NCBI GenBank assembly: GCA_938084885.1
Contig: CALKGG010000081.1
Location: 1,083 to 65,082 of the forward strand
Source: an uncultured Acidimicrobiales bacterium
GTDB taxonomy: Bacteria > Actinomycetota > Acidimicrobiia > Acidimicrobiales > SHLQ01
Direction: 5' to 3'
DNA length: 64,000 bases
Each line of letters begins with the position of its first letter. The stretch's first letter is position 1. The notes under the pieces are model-generated. The model saw nothing but the letters and a program-made list of their open reading frames with translations, did no database searches and had not been told where the DNA came from. Made by a program: the position numbers and the translations under genes. Below are positions 1 through 9,771 of this stretch, one piece after another.

Positions 1-5
1 TGCGG

Positions 6-1493
6 TTGCGGTTCTCAAACCCCGAGATCCACGCACGGCACGAACCCGACGACCTCGTGGCGCGAATCGTGTTCGACATGGCCGAACAACTTCGATGTGA
101 ATCGCTCGTGCCCGCCTCGCTACCGGGAGTCAAACACAACACCCAAGTCGCATTCGAGACGTGGGGCCGCTCGGAACGATTGTCGTCCACAGCAATTGGC
201 TTGTTGCTGTTCACTGTGATGCATGTCGTGAGGTCGCGGTTGGTCGCGCCAATCAATGATGAACTCATCGAAGATCAGATCGAAAGCACACGATTTACCC
301 TCGCGACAGAGATCGGCGGCGACGTTCGGGCTATGTCGCACACCACGACAGATCAAGAAGCCTTCGCTGCACACGCTCGGTCATTGGCATTGACGATCGC
401 CGCAATGGTGAACGAGTCGACCGAAACTGCCAGCGAAGCCAGCACAGCGGCCGCTGCGCTGTTCGTGCCGCCCGAATGGGGCGATGTCGACCCCGACGAC
501 GGCGACGTGTTGATCGGCGGCGTCACGACCCCGAACGAACACGTCGACCCCGAAACGCTCGAGTCAGCTGGCGGCTACCGCGTCTTTACACGCGCGCACG
601 ACGTCGAACACAGTGGCCAACAGCTCTACCCCACCGAGAAGCTACGCGAGCTCCGCGGCGTTCTCGATGATCAGATTGCGGCACAGTCGGTGAGTCCATT
701 CACTCTGGCCCGACGCCTGCAGCGGTTGTTCATCGGCCTCGAACGAGACGGGTGGCGCAGCGGTGAGCACGAAGGGGTCCTCGACGGCTCCCGGCTCGGC
801 CAAGTCATTGCGAACCCAATGAACCATGCGGTCTTCCGCCAAGAGCGCTTCCGTCCAGTGGCTCCGGCGGCCGTGTCGTTCCTCATCGACAACTCGGGTT
901 CGATGAAACGCCAGCGCCATCAGACAGTGACGGTGCTGGTCGACACGCTGGCACGGGCACTCGATCTTGCCGGGGCAACGAGCGAGATACTCGGCTTCAC
1001 GACGAACGCATGGAACGGCGGCGAGCCGTTGCGAGAGTGGCGCCGAGCCGGCCAGCCAACGACCCCCGGTCGCCTCGCAGAGGCCAGCCACATCGTCTAC
1101 AAGGATGCCGACACGTCATGGAAGCGGAGCCGTCTCTCGGTCGCGGCCATGATGAAGACGCAGCACTTCCGTGAGGGCATCGACGGCGAGGCCATCGTGT
1201 GGGCCTACAAGCGGCTTCTCGCACGGCCCGAACCCAAGAAGTTTCTGATCATCTTTGGCGATGGCGCGCCAATGGAGGCCGCCACATTGAACGCCAATGG
1301 CGAGGGGTATCTCGAGACACATCTTCGTCGGGTCACCCAACACATCGAGCGGGAACGCACGGTGCAGCTCGGTGCGGTCACGATCGATCAATCGGTCGAC
1401 ATGATCTTCACCAACAGCGTGCACATGGATCTGTCGGGAACTCTGACACTCGGCGAATACGGTCTACTAGAGCGGCTGTTCTCCCACCGGTAA
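6..1493 (+). CDS. cobT: Cobaltochelatase subunit CobT-like VWA protein, 5' end truncated by the window
   Basis: The frame is open to the window edge, so the TTG at 6 is probably not the real start. CobT-type N-terminal sequence (RFSNPEIHARHEPDDLVARIVFDMAEQLRCE) and a C-terminal VWA/MIDAS motif (FLIDNSGSM). Confidence 0.75.
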   Translation: MRFSNPEIHARHEPDDLVARIVFDMAEQLRCESLVPASLPGVKHNTQVAFETWGRSERLSSTAIGLLLFTVMHVVRSRLVAPINDELIEDQIESTRFTLATEIGGDVRAMSHTTTDQEAFAAHARSLALTIAAMVNESTETASEASTAAAALFVPPEWGDVDPDDGDVLIGGVTTPNEHVDPETLESAGGYRVFTRAHDVEHSGQQLYPTEKLRELRGVLDDQIAAQSVSPFTLARRLQRLFIGLERDGWRSGEHEGVLDGSRLGQVIANPMNHAVFRQERFRPVAPAAVSFLIDNSGSMKRQRHQTVTVLVDTLARALDLAGATSEILGFTTNAWNGGEPLREWRRAGQPTTPGRLAEASHIVYKDADTSWKRSRLSVAAMMKTQHFREGIDGEAIVWAYKRLLARPEPKKFLIIFGDGAPMEAATLNANGEGYLETHLRRVTQHIERERTVQLGAVTIDQSVDMIFTNSVHMDLSGTLTLGEYGLLERLFSHR

Positions 1494-1516
1494 GCCCGCC
1501 AGGGCGGAGCCGATAC

Positions 1517-2164
1517 TCACATACGGCCGAGGAGGTCGTCCTTTTTGGCTTGGAACTCTTCGTTCGTGATGGCGCCGCGAATACGTAGCTCGTCGAGCTT
1601 TGCGATCTGGTCAGGAATCGATTGGCTTTGGCCACCGCCCGACGCAGCGCTTGCTTGACCCATTCGCTCAAGACGACGATTCTCGTAGCTTTCCTTCTGG
1701 TTATAGATCTCGGCCTGGACCAGGTTTGGCTTACGAATATTCGTGAACGTTTGACGGCCGCCTTCGCCTGCGCTTTCGATCCCCAAGTTTCCCGAACCCG
1801 CGACACGTTCGAACGCGGTTTGTTCGAAGAACACCGTGTTAATCCGGTCGAGGGGGATCTCGATGCCGTTCTTGGCAAACACACCCCGCCGCGAAATCAC
1901 TCGCTCGGTCGTCACCACAAACTCGGTCGTGCTCCACTCGGCATACCGCTTGGCGAACATGGCGAGCACCACAAGCACCAACAGCCCAACAATGATCTGG
2001 CCAATGGTCCACACCGTGCCGTCGCCTCCGAGCCCAACGAGGGCGAGCCCGCCGAAGACAACGAGAGCGAGCAGCGCGCTGATTGGAACCATCGTCCACC
2101 AATGCGGATGCATATCGACGACCACTTGCTCGTCATCGCTCAGAAGGTCAGGTGAAAATCCCAC
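1517..2164 (-). CDS. Membrane PH-domain (bPH_2/YdbT-like) protein with a C-terminal SHOCT domain
   Basis: Two hydrophobic helices (WWTMVPISALLALVVFGGLALVGL; IGQIIVGLLVLVVLAMF). These are followed by a bacterial PH-like segment (EFVVTTERVISRRGVFAKNGIEIPLDRINTVFF) and a SHOCT-like tail (IAKLDELRIRGAITNEEFQAKKDDLL). Confidence 0.7.
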   Translation of the reverse strand: MGFSPDLLSDDEQVVVDMHPHWWTMVPISALLALVVFGGLALVGLGGDGTVWTIGQIIVGLLVLVVLAMFAKRYAEWSTTEFVVTTERVISRRGVFAKNGIEIPLDRINTVFFEQTAFERVAGSGNLGIESAGEGGRQTFTNIRKPNLVQAEIYNQKESYENRRLERMGQASAASGGGQSQSIPDQIAKLDELRIRGAITNEEFQAKKDDLLGRM

Positions 2165-2299
2165 GCTGCAGATGCTAGCAATGGGGACGGCACGAATGGG
2201 ACGGCAGCGGTAGCTAATGCGTCTAGCAGTTCGTGCCTAGGATGGCCCGGCACGCGTCGATGGCGACATCGATCCAATGCGTACCTAAGGAGAACCGAC

Positions 2300-3016
2300 A
2301 TGAATCCGCTGCAACCCGTACCGTCAACGCTCGTCGATACTCGGCTCGCTCTTCACCGTCTCTCTGCGTACGTGATTGCTCCAGTTCGACATCAGGCGAC
2401 TGGCCGCTTCGGCCTGCGGGCTACGCCGAACGGATTTGGCACGCCCGAATTCGATGGTCGTCGCATTCGGGTGGAGGCAACAACGCTGATCGATGAACGT
2501 CCCGACGGCGAGCGGACCGCCGAGATCACGTCACTTACCGACGCGGCGGTCTTTCTCGACACGACGATCGACACCGACACCGCCGCAGAGCACGACACTC
2601 CAGGCGCGGGTGATGTGGATGCTGCGCTCGACGTCGACCCGGCGAGTTCGCTGTGGTTGGGGTCGTGGTTTGCGATGGCCTTCGATGCGCTTGGTCAGGT
2701 TCGCGGTGACGACGCGTCGGTCGATGCGTCAGAGCCACAGCTCTGGCCTGGGCATTTCGATCCGGCGATCGAGATCGGCGACGACAACCATCGCGGCAGT
2801 TATGGGGCGTCGCCTGGAGACGATGGGATTGACGAGCCATACCTGTACCTCAGTATCTGGTGGCCCGATCGCATCGCCGTCGACGCAACCGACCCGGCGT
2901 GGAATGCCACGGCCTTTACCGGCGCAGTGTTACCAGTATCGGCGTTTCCTGCCACCGAGGATCCTGTCGAGGTTGCGGCCCGGTTTTGGCGAGATGCCCG
3001 AGACCGCCTGGCCTAA
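2300..3016 (+). CDS. Hypothetical acidic protein (238 aa)
   Basis: ATG preceded by AAGGAG about 8 nt upstream (2286-2291). Long ORF with coding-like composition. I recognise no motif. Confidence 0.6.
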   Translation: MNPLQPVPSTLVDTRLALHRLSAYVIAPVRHQATGRFGLRATPNGFGTPEFDGRRIRVEATTLIDERPDGERTAEITSLTDAAVFLDTTIDTDTAAEHDTPGAGDVDAALDVDPASSLWLGSWFAMAFDALGQVRGDDASVDASEPQLWPGHFDPAIEIGDDNHRGSYGASPGDDGIDEPYLYLSIWWPDRIAVDATDPAWNATAFTGAVLPVSAFPATEDPVEVAARFWRDARDRLA

Positions 3017-3055
3017 TCCCAGCTGAGGAACGCCCTGAGCGAAACCCTCAAGACA

Positions 3056-5164
3056 TTGTCAGTGCACCTCGGTAGAGTCAGCGCAGTGAAGAATGCTGGA
3101 TCCGCCCAAATACTCGCTGGTCTTAACACCGAGCAGCACGCTGCAGTCACAAGCGATGCCCAGCAGCTCGTCATTCGTGCTGGAGCGGGGTCGGGAAAGA
3201 CGAGGGTGCTCACGCGAAGAATTGCATACGGCGCTGCGAACGACCTGCTCGACCCGCGCCGTGTCCTCGCCCTCACCTTTACGCGCAAAGCCGCTGGAGA
3301 ACTCAACCATCGCCTCCGCCAGTTGGGGTTGCGACACTCCGCAGCGGCGGGCACGTTCCATGCAATTGCGTTGACACAACTGCGCCGCAAGTGGGAACAA
3401 ACCGGCACCGCTGCTCCCACGTTGCTCGATCGCAAGTTCGGGTTTGTGGCCCGCCTCGTGCCGCGCGTCAACGATCGCACCACGCCACTCGACCTCGTTG
3501 CCGAAATCGAGTGGGCGAAGGCTCGTCGCATCCAGCCCGACCGGTATAGCGAGGCCGCCCGCGACCACGACCGCAAGCCGCCACTTGAACCCGATCAGGT
3601 CGCGCACATCTACGAGCAGTATGAGGAGGCCAAGGCCAAGCGCAACCTCATCGACTTCGATGACATCTTGATTCTCTGCGGGCGCATGCTCCAACGAGAC
3701 CGCAACGCTGCCGAAGCATTTCGTTGGTCGTTTCGTCACATCTTCGTCGACGAGTTCCAGGATGTGAACCCGCTGCAGTTTGCGTTGCTCAAGGTGTTTG
3801 TTGGCCCGGACCCCAACCTTTGTGTCGTCGGCGACTCTCGACAGGCCATCTATGCCTGGAATGGCGCCGACAGCTCCTACCTCGACGACTTCAACGAGCA
3901 CTTCCCAGACGCTCAGGTCGTGTCCCTTCGCCAGAACTATCGCTCCACCCCCGAGATCCTGCGTTGCGCGTCGGCGGTGCTTCCGGCTCACGATTCGCTC
4001 GAACCAACACTGCCGTCGGGGCCTGCTCCAACGATTGCGAGCCACCTCGACGACAAGGCAGAAGCCCGAGCTATTGCCCGGGCGTTGCGCAACAAACACG
4101 GTGGACGCACCAAATGGCGCAACATGGCTGTGCTGGTCCGCACCAACGCGCAGGTTGCACTTCTTGCCGAGGCGCTTTCCGATGCCGACGTTCCGGTTGC
4201 AGCCCGCGGCGAAGGCAAGCTGATCGAACGCCCAGAAGTGCTCGATGCCATCGATGCCATCCGGCGTTCTGGCCAGCCGCTGACCGAAGCGCTCGACGAC
4301 CTCAGCGCACGAGTTGCCATGGGCAATGACGATGACAGCGATAGCGATCCTGTCGACTTCGCCGACCCGGAGGCGCCAACCGGGCCGGACGACGACGACG
4401 CCGAGAGCGGCCGTGAGAGCGAACGCCGTCAGCTACTCAATGCGTTCGTGCGCCTTGGGCGAGACCACCTAGCAATCGACCCCAACGCGACGCTCCAGTC
4501 GTTTATCGAAGCGCTCAAAACCGGAGCAAACGAAGCTGCAACTGCCAGCGGTGACCGGGTCGACGTCACCACCTTTCATCAAGCCAAGGGCCTCGAATGG
4601 GACGTTGTGCACGTTGCGGGGATGGAACGGGGACTGTCCCCGATTGGTCACGCAAAGACCCCCGACGCGGTGGCCGAAGAGCATCGGCTTATCTATGTGG
4701 CCCTCACCCGGGCCCGCCGTCACCTGCATTTGCATTGGGCGAACGAGCGGCGCTTCGGCGACCGCAAGTCGAACCGCAAACCATCGCCGATGCTCGACGA
4801 CATTGGTGCAGCGGCCCGGGGCGACGATCCGCGTCGGGCCCGATCAACGAGCGCAAAGAAGGCTGCCAGCCTTCGCAAGGGAATGACGTCTCGAAACGGT
4901 GGGCCTCGGATGAAGGCCATTCAAGACGAATCAGACCCGGTCTTTCAGGCACTAAAGAAGTGGCGCCTAGCTATTGCACGGGCACATGACGTTCCGGCGT
5001 TCGTCGTCTTTAACGACAAGACCCTTCACGCCATTGCCCAGGGGCGTCCCGACGATAAGGAAAGCCTGCTCGATGTCAGTGGAGTGGGCCCCGCAAAGGC
5101 CGAGCAGTACGGTGACGATGTCTTGCGTCTTGTTGCCGAAGCCGTCTTGTTGCCGAATCCGTAG
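3056..5164 (+). CDS. uvrD2: UvrD2-type SF1 DNA helicase with a C-terminal HRDC domain
   Basis: Walker A GAGSGKT, DEFQD motif (FVDEFQDVNPLQ), conserved LNTEQHAAV N-terminus. HRDC-like tail (FQALKKWRLAIARAHDVPAFVVFNDKTLHAIAQ...VSGVGPAKAEQYG). The start is uncertain: TTG at 3056, with GTG alternatives at 3062 and 3086. Confidence 0.85.
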   Translation: MSVHLGRVSAVKNAGSAQILAGLNTEQHAAVTSDAQQLVIRAGAGSGKTRVLTRRIAYGAANDLLDPRRVLALTFTRKAAGELNHRLRQLGLRHSAAAGTFHAIALTQLRRKWEQTGTAAPTLLDRKFGFVARLVPRVNDRTTPLDLVAEIEWAKARRIQPDRYSEAARDHDRKPPLEPDQVAHIYEQYEEAKAKRNLIDFDDILILCGRMLQRDRNAAEAFRWSFRHIFVDEFQDVNPLQFALLKVFVGPDPNLCVVGDSRQAIYAWNGADSSYLDDFNEHFPDAQVVSLRQNYRSTPEILRCASAVLPAHDSLEPTLPSGPAPTIASHLDDKAEARAIARALRNKHGGRTKWRNMAVLVRTNAQVALLAEALSDADVPVAARGEGKLIERPEVLDAIDAIRRSGQPLTEALDDLSARVAMGNDDDSDSDPVDFADPEAPTGPDDDDAESGRESERRQLLNAFVRLGRDHLAIDPNATLQSFIEALKTGANEAATASGDRVDVTTFHQAKGLEWDVVHVAGMERGLSPIGHAKTPDAVAEEHRLIYVALTRARRHLHLHWANERRFGDRKSNRKPSPMLDDIGAAARGDDPRRARSTSAKKAASLRKGMTSRNGGPRMKAIQDESDPVFQALKKWRLAIARAHDVPAFVVFNDKTLHAIAQGRPDDKESLLDVSGVGPAKAEQYGDDVLRLVAEAVLLPNP

Positions 5165-5176
5165 TGGAGACCTAGA

Positions 5177-8100
5177 TCAGCCGAAGAGGCTGCCGAGAAG
5201 CTGATCGTGTTCTTGAGCGTGAATGCGAGCCGAGCCAGTGGAAGGACTTCCCGACTCGGGCCGCGAGAACCGCTGGATCTTGTGGGTGTCACCATGACGT
5301 TCGTAGAGGCGACCCTTCACGAAGTTCCAGGCACCCATGTTTTCAGGCTCCTCTTGGAGCCACACGATGCGACGGGCGTTCGGGTGGGAAGCAACCACTT
5401 CGGCGACCTGGTCGGCTGGCCAGGGGTAGAGCTGTTCGACCCGGGTGATAACGGCGTGAGCGCCGGTCTGATCGCGGCGAGCAAACGCATCGACGGCGAC
5501 CTTGCCGGTAGCGAACACCAAGTCGGTGACCTCATCAGCAGCGGGCGGGTTCGGGTCTTCGAGCGTCTCGTGGAACTGGCCGTTGGTCAGCGACGACACG
5601 GGCGACCGGGTGGTCTTGGCTCGAAGCAGCGACTTGGGGGTGAACACGACGAGCGGGCTACGAACATCGCGTTTCATCTGACGACGCAGGAGGTGGAAGA
5701 ACTGTCCGGCCGTGGTGACGTTGGCGATTTGCACGTTGTCCTCTGCTGCGAGCAGAAGGAACCGTTCTACTCGAGCCGACGAATGTTCGGGGCCTTGTCC
5801 CTCGTATCCATGCGGCAACAGGAGTACCAGACCGGAGTGTTCGTCCCACTTGTCCTTCGACGCCATGATGAACTGATCGATCACGATCTGGGCACCGTTG
5901 ACGAAGTCGCCAAACTGTGCTTCCCACAATGTGAGAACATCGGGTCGTTCAACCGAGTAGCCGTACTCGAATCCGAGAGCGGCGTATTCGGAGAGTAGCG
6001 AGTCGTAGATCCACAGTTTCGAGTCGTTGACTGTGCCCGACAGCGGCACGAACTCGTCGCCGTTCTCGTAGTCGACGAGGGTCGAATGGCGGTGTGAGAA
6101 GGTGCCGCGACGCGAGTCCTGACCGGCGAGACGCACCGAGATTCCTTCATTGAGGAGCGTGCCGTATGCGAACGCTTCGCCGAGGGCCCAATCGACCTCG
6201 CCCGCTTCGTACATTGCATTGCGTGCAAGGAACTGGTTGGCAAGCTTTGGATGAATGGTGAAACCCTCGGGGGTCTCGCCGAGCGCAGAGTAGACCAAGT
6301 CGAGCGTGGACTTTTCGACCTTGGTGTCCGCTGGGGGCAGCACGCCGACGGCGGGTTCGGGCTGCGCAGCGACAATGTTTGGGTCACGTTCGACCGACCG
6401 GGTGTCGTCGAGCGCTTCTTGTAGGCGAGCTCGGAAGTCGTCGAGGGCCTGCTCGGCTTCTTCGACGGTCAGGTCGCCTCGTTTGATCAGCGCTTCGGTG
6501 TAAAGCATGCGCACCGAACGGCGAGCCTCGATTGCCTTGTACATGATTGGCTGGGTGTAGCTAGGGTCGTCGCCCTCGTTGTGTCCGTGACGCCGATAGC
6601 CAATCAGGTCGATCACGACGTCCTTCTTGAACTTCTCGCGATACTTGAACGCAAGCTCGGCAACTCGCACGCATGCCTCGGGGTCGTCGGCGTTGACATG
6701 GAAGATCGGCGCTTGAATGAGCTTTGCGACATCGGTCGAGTACTCGCTCGACCGGGCCGCGTGAGGGGCGGTGGTGAAGCCCAACTGGTTGTTGATAATG
6801 AGGTGGATGGTTCCACCAACCTTGTAGCCCCGGATCTGGCTGAGGTTGAGGGTTTCGGTCACGACTCCCTGGCCAGCAAATGCAGCATCGCCGTGGATGA
6901 GCAGCGAGAGCACCGGATAGCGGCGCTCGGGGTTGATCTCGGTCGTGTCCATCTTTGCCCGGGTCATGCCAATGACGACAGGGTCGACGGCCTCGAGATG
7001 CGACGGGTTCGCGGCCAACGTGACCGGAATCGAGTTTCCGCTGGTGGAAGTGAAGGTTCCCGTTTGGCCGAGGTGGTACTTCACATCGCCCGAGCCTTGG
7101 ACGGCGTCGGCGGTAATTGCACCTTCGAACTCTTCGAACAGTTGGCTGTAATCCTTGCCGACGATGTTGACGAGCACGTTCAGCCGACCGCGGTGTGCCA
7201 TACCGATCACGGCGTCGGTCATGCCAGCATCGGCGGCGTCGCTGAGTACCCGATCGAGTACGGGAATGGTGCTCTCTGCACCTTCAATACCGAACCGCTT
7301 TTGCCCAATGTATTTCGTGCCGAGGAACTTCTCGAGGGCCTCAGCGGCGTTCAGCCGGCCAAGGATATGACGCTGTTCGTCCTTGTCGATCTCAATGGTC
7401 TGACCTTCGACTTGTTCTTGGATCCACCGCTTCTCTTCGGGGTCGGCAATGTGGGTGTACTCGACGCCGGTCGTGCGCGCGTAGGCATCGCGCATGATTC
7501 CGAGGATGTCGCTCAGCTTCATTCGGCTGCGACCGTTTGAGGCCTGCGGCCCAAGGAGGGCTTCGACGTTGAACTCGCGTTCGAGGTCCCAGATGGTGAG
7601 GCCGTAGCTGGCCGGATCGAGTTCGGGATGCATTGAACGGTCCATGAGACCGAGCGGGTCGAGGTTGGCAATGAGATGTCCCCGCACCCGGTAGGCGTTG
7701 ACGAGGGAATTGACCTTTACTTGACGTTCGACGAGCGAATCGGCATCGTCGACCGGGTTGATGTCTCGACGCCATCGCACGGCGTCGTACGGCACGCCCA
7801 TGGTTTGGAGGACGCCCTCATAGAAGTCGTGTTCACCAACGAGAAGTTCGTTGATGGCCTTGAGGAACATGCCGCTCTCGGCGCCTTGGATGATGCGATG
7901 GTCATAGGTCGAGGTGACGGTGACGACCTTGGACACGCCAATTTCGGCGAGCTTGGCGGGATCGGCGGCGATGAACGCTGTCGGGTACGCAATCGAACCG
8001 AGCCCAACGATGACACCTTGGCCAGGCATGAGCCGAGGGACCGATTGCACCGTGCCGATGCCTCCGGGGTTGGTGAGGCTGACCGTGACGCCGCTGAAGT

Positions 8101-8845
8101 CGTCGAGGGTGAGTTTGCCGGTGCGGCCACGGCGAACGAGGTCGTCGTAGACATCGACGAATCCGGCGAAGTCGAGGTCTTGCGCGTTTGGGATGCACGG
8201 CACCATAAGGGTGCGCGAACCGTCTTTCTTTTCAACGTCGATCGCAATTCCGAGGCCGACGGCGTTGCGCCGGATGATATTTGGCTTTCCGTCGCTGCCT
8301 TCGACGTAGCCGTTGTTCATGGCGGGAACGAAGTCGGCGATTGCGCGCACGACGGCGTAGCCAATGATGTGCGTAAAGCTGACCTTGCCGCCGCGGGTGC
8401 GGCCGAGGTGGCCGTTAACGATTTTGCGATTGACCTCAAGGAGGCGGGCGGGCATGTCGCGGAAACTGGTCGCTGTGGGAACGTCGAGGCTGGCTTCCAT
8501 GTTTTCGACGATCTTGGCCGACACGCCACGAAGCGGCTCGCTGCCGGCGGGCAGCGCTTGTTCGGCTGGTGGTGCCGGCACGGCGTGAGCCGAGGCGGGT
8601 GCCGCATGCACTGGAGGTGTTGCGGCTTCGGGACCAGATTGCGCGTTTGCAGAGGCCACCTCCTGTGCCGCGTGGGCGGGGGTGGCGTCGACGGTGGTCA
8701 TGGCAACGCCGGATCCCGGTCGGTAGCCAACAAAGAACTCGCGCCAGCTCGCCGACACACTGTCGGGATTCTCGAGGAAATCCCGATACATCTCGTCGAC
8801 GATCCATGAGTTTGCGCCGAGATCGGCACGCGAAGATGAAGTCAC
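5177..8845 (-). CDS. kgd: Multifunctional 2-oxoglutarate dehydrogenase E1 (Kgd/OdhA type) with a fused E2-like acyltransferase domain
   Basis: 1222 aa. N-terminus MTSS..NSWIVDEMYRDFLENPDSVSASWREFF, an Ala/Pro linker, an E2 catalytic-type segment (TYDHRIIQGAESGMFL), then a ThDP E1 body (HRGRLNVL, HGDAAFAGQGVV). Confidence 0.9.
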   Translation of the reverse strand: MTSSSRADLGANSWIVDEMYRDFLENPDSVSASWREFFVGYRPGSGVAMTTVDATPAHAAQEVASANAQSGPEAATPPVHAAPASAHAVPAPPAEQALPAGSEPLRGVSAKIVENMEASLDVPTATSFRDMPARLLEVNRKIVNGHLGRTRGGKVSFTHIIGYAVVRAIADFVPAMNNGYVEGSDGKPNIIRRNAVGLGIAIDVEKKDGSRTLMVPCIPNAQDLDFAGFVDVYDDLVRRGRTGKLTLDDFSGVTVSLTNPGGIGTVQSVPRLMPGQGVIVGLGSIAYPTAFIAADPAKLAEIGVSKVVTVTSTYDHRIIQGAESGMFLKAINELLVGEHDFYEGVLQTMGVPYDAVRWRRDINPVDDADSLVERQVKVNSLVNAYRVRGHLIANLDPLGLMDRSMHPELDPASYGLTIWDLEREFNVEALLGPQASNGRSRMKLSDILGIMRDAYARTTGVEYTHIADPEEKRWIQEQVEGQTIEIDKDEQRHILGRLNAAEALEKFLGTKYIGQKRFGIEGAESTIPVLDRVLSDAADAGMTDAVIGMAHRGRLNVLVNIVGKDYSQLFEEFEGAITADAVQGSGDVKYHLGQTGTFTSTSGNSIPVTLAANPSHLEAVDPVVIGMTRAKMDTTEINPERRYPVLSLLIHGDAAFAGQGVVTETLNLSQIRGYKVGGTIHLIINNQLGFTTAPHAARSSEYSTDVAKLIQAPIFHVNADDPEACVRVAELAFKYREKFKKDVVIDLIGYRRHGHNEGDDPSYTQPIMYKAIEARRSVRMLYTEALIKRGDLTVEEAEQALDDFRARLQEALDDTRSVERDPNIVAAQPEPAVGVLPPADTKVEKSTLDLVYSALGETPEGFTIHPKLANQFLARNAMYEAGEVDWALGEAFAYGTLLNEGISVRLAGQDSRRGTFSHRHSTLVDYENGDEFVPLSGTVNDSKLWIYDSLLSEYAALGFEYGYSVERPDVLTLWEAQFGDFVNGAQIVIDQFIMASKDKWDEHSGLVLLLPHGYEGQGPEHSSARVERFLLLAAEDNVQIANVTTAGQFFHLLRRQMKRDVRSPLVVFTPKSLLRAKTTRSPVSSLTNGQFHETLEDPNPPAADEVTDLVFATGKVAVDAFARRDQTGAHAVITRVEQLYPWPADQVAEVVASHPNARRIVWLQEEPENMGAWNFVKGRLYERHGDTHKIQRFSRPESGSPSTGSARIHAQEHDQLLGSLFG

Positions 8846-8988
8846 GAGGGACAGCCTAACTAGCCTCCTCCCCCGTCACCGGAATCAAGGCGGAGATGTT
8901 GGGAGCAATGCTGGTGAACCACTGACAACGTCATCCATGTGAGCGGTCCACCGAGGGAGATCGCCGCTCGACGAGATAGCTTTGCCCG

Positions 8989-9762
8989 ATGCGTATCGTC
9001 ACGTGGAACGTCAATTCTCTCGCCGTGCGAATGGAGCGAGTCACCGAATGGATCGAGCTCTTCTCCCCCGACGTGCTGTGTCTCCAAGAGACCAAACTGG
9101 GCAACGACGCGTTTGCCCATGACGTCTTCGAAGAGCTTGGCTACGAGAGCGCCCACCATGGCCAAGGACAGTGGAATGGGGTGGCGATCATCTCCAAGGT
9201 GGGGCTCGACGACGTGCGCCCAGACTTCGACGATGGCCGAGGCGAGCCCGACCCCGACGCCCGAATCCTTTGGGCTACGTGTGGCGGCGTGCGCATTGCG
9301 AGTTGTTATGTGCCCAATGGCCGTTCGCTCGACGACGATCACTACACCTACAAGCTCGATTGGCTCGATCGACTCGCCGCCGATCTCGATACCAACACCT
9401 CTCCCGCCGATGACCTATGCATCGTTGGCGACTTCAATATCGCGCCCGACGACCGCGATGTGTATGACCCGGCGGGCATGATCGATATGACGCACACTTC
9501 CCAAGCCGAGCGAGACAAGCTTGCGAACCTGGCCGACTGGGGCATCACCGACCTGTTTCGCCAGCATCATGACGAGGCGGGATTGTATTCGTGGTGGGAC
9601 TACCGAAACGGCGATTTTCATAAGCGTCGAGGGATGCGCATCGATCTGTTGTTGGGTTCAGCGAGTGTGGCCGATCGCACGCACCGCACCTTTGTCGACC
9701 GGAACGCTCGAAAGGGCAAACAACCAAGTGACCATGCGCCAGTAGTTGCTGACCTCCGTTAA
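8989..9762 (+). CDS. xthA: Exodeoxyribonuclease III
   Basis: MRIVTWNVNSL start, internal CLQETK, C-terminal PSDHAPVVADL. Confidence 0.9.
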   Translation: MRIVTWNVNSLAVRMERVTEWIELFSPDVLCLQETKLGNDAFAHDVFEELGYESAHHGQGQWNGVAIISKVGLDDVRPDFDDGRGEPDPDARILWATCGGVRIASCYVPNGRSLDDDHYTYKLDWLDRLAADLDTNTSPADDLCIVGDFNIAPDDRDVYDPAGMIDMTHTSQAERDKLANLADWGITDLFRQHHDEAGLYSWWDYRNGDFHKRRGMRIDLLLGSASVADRTHRTFVDRNARKGKQPSDHAPVVADLR

Positions 9763-9771
9763 CCTTGGCAG

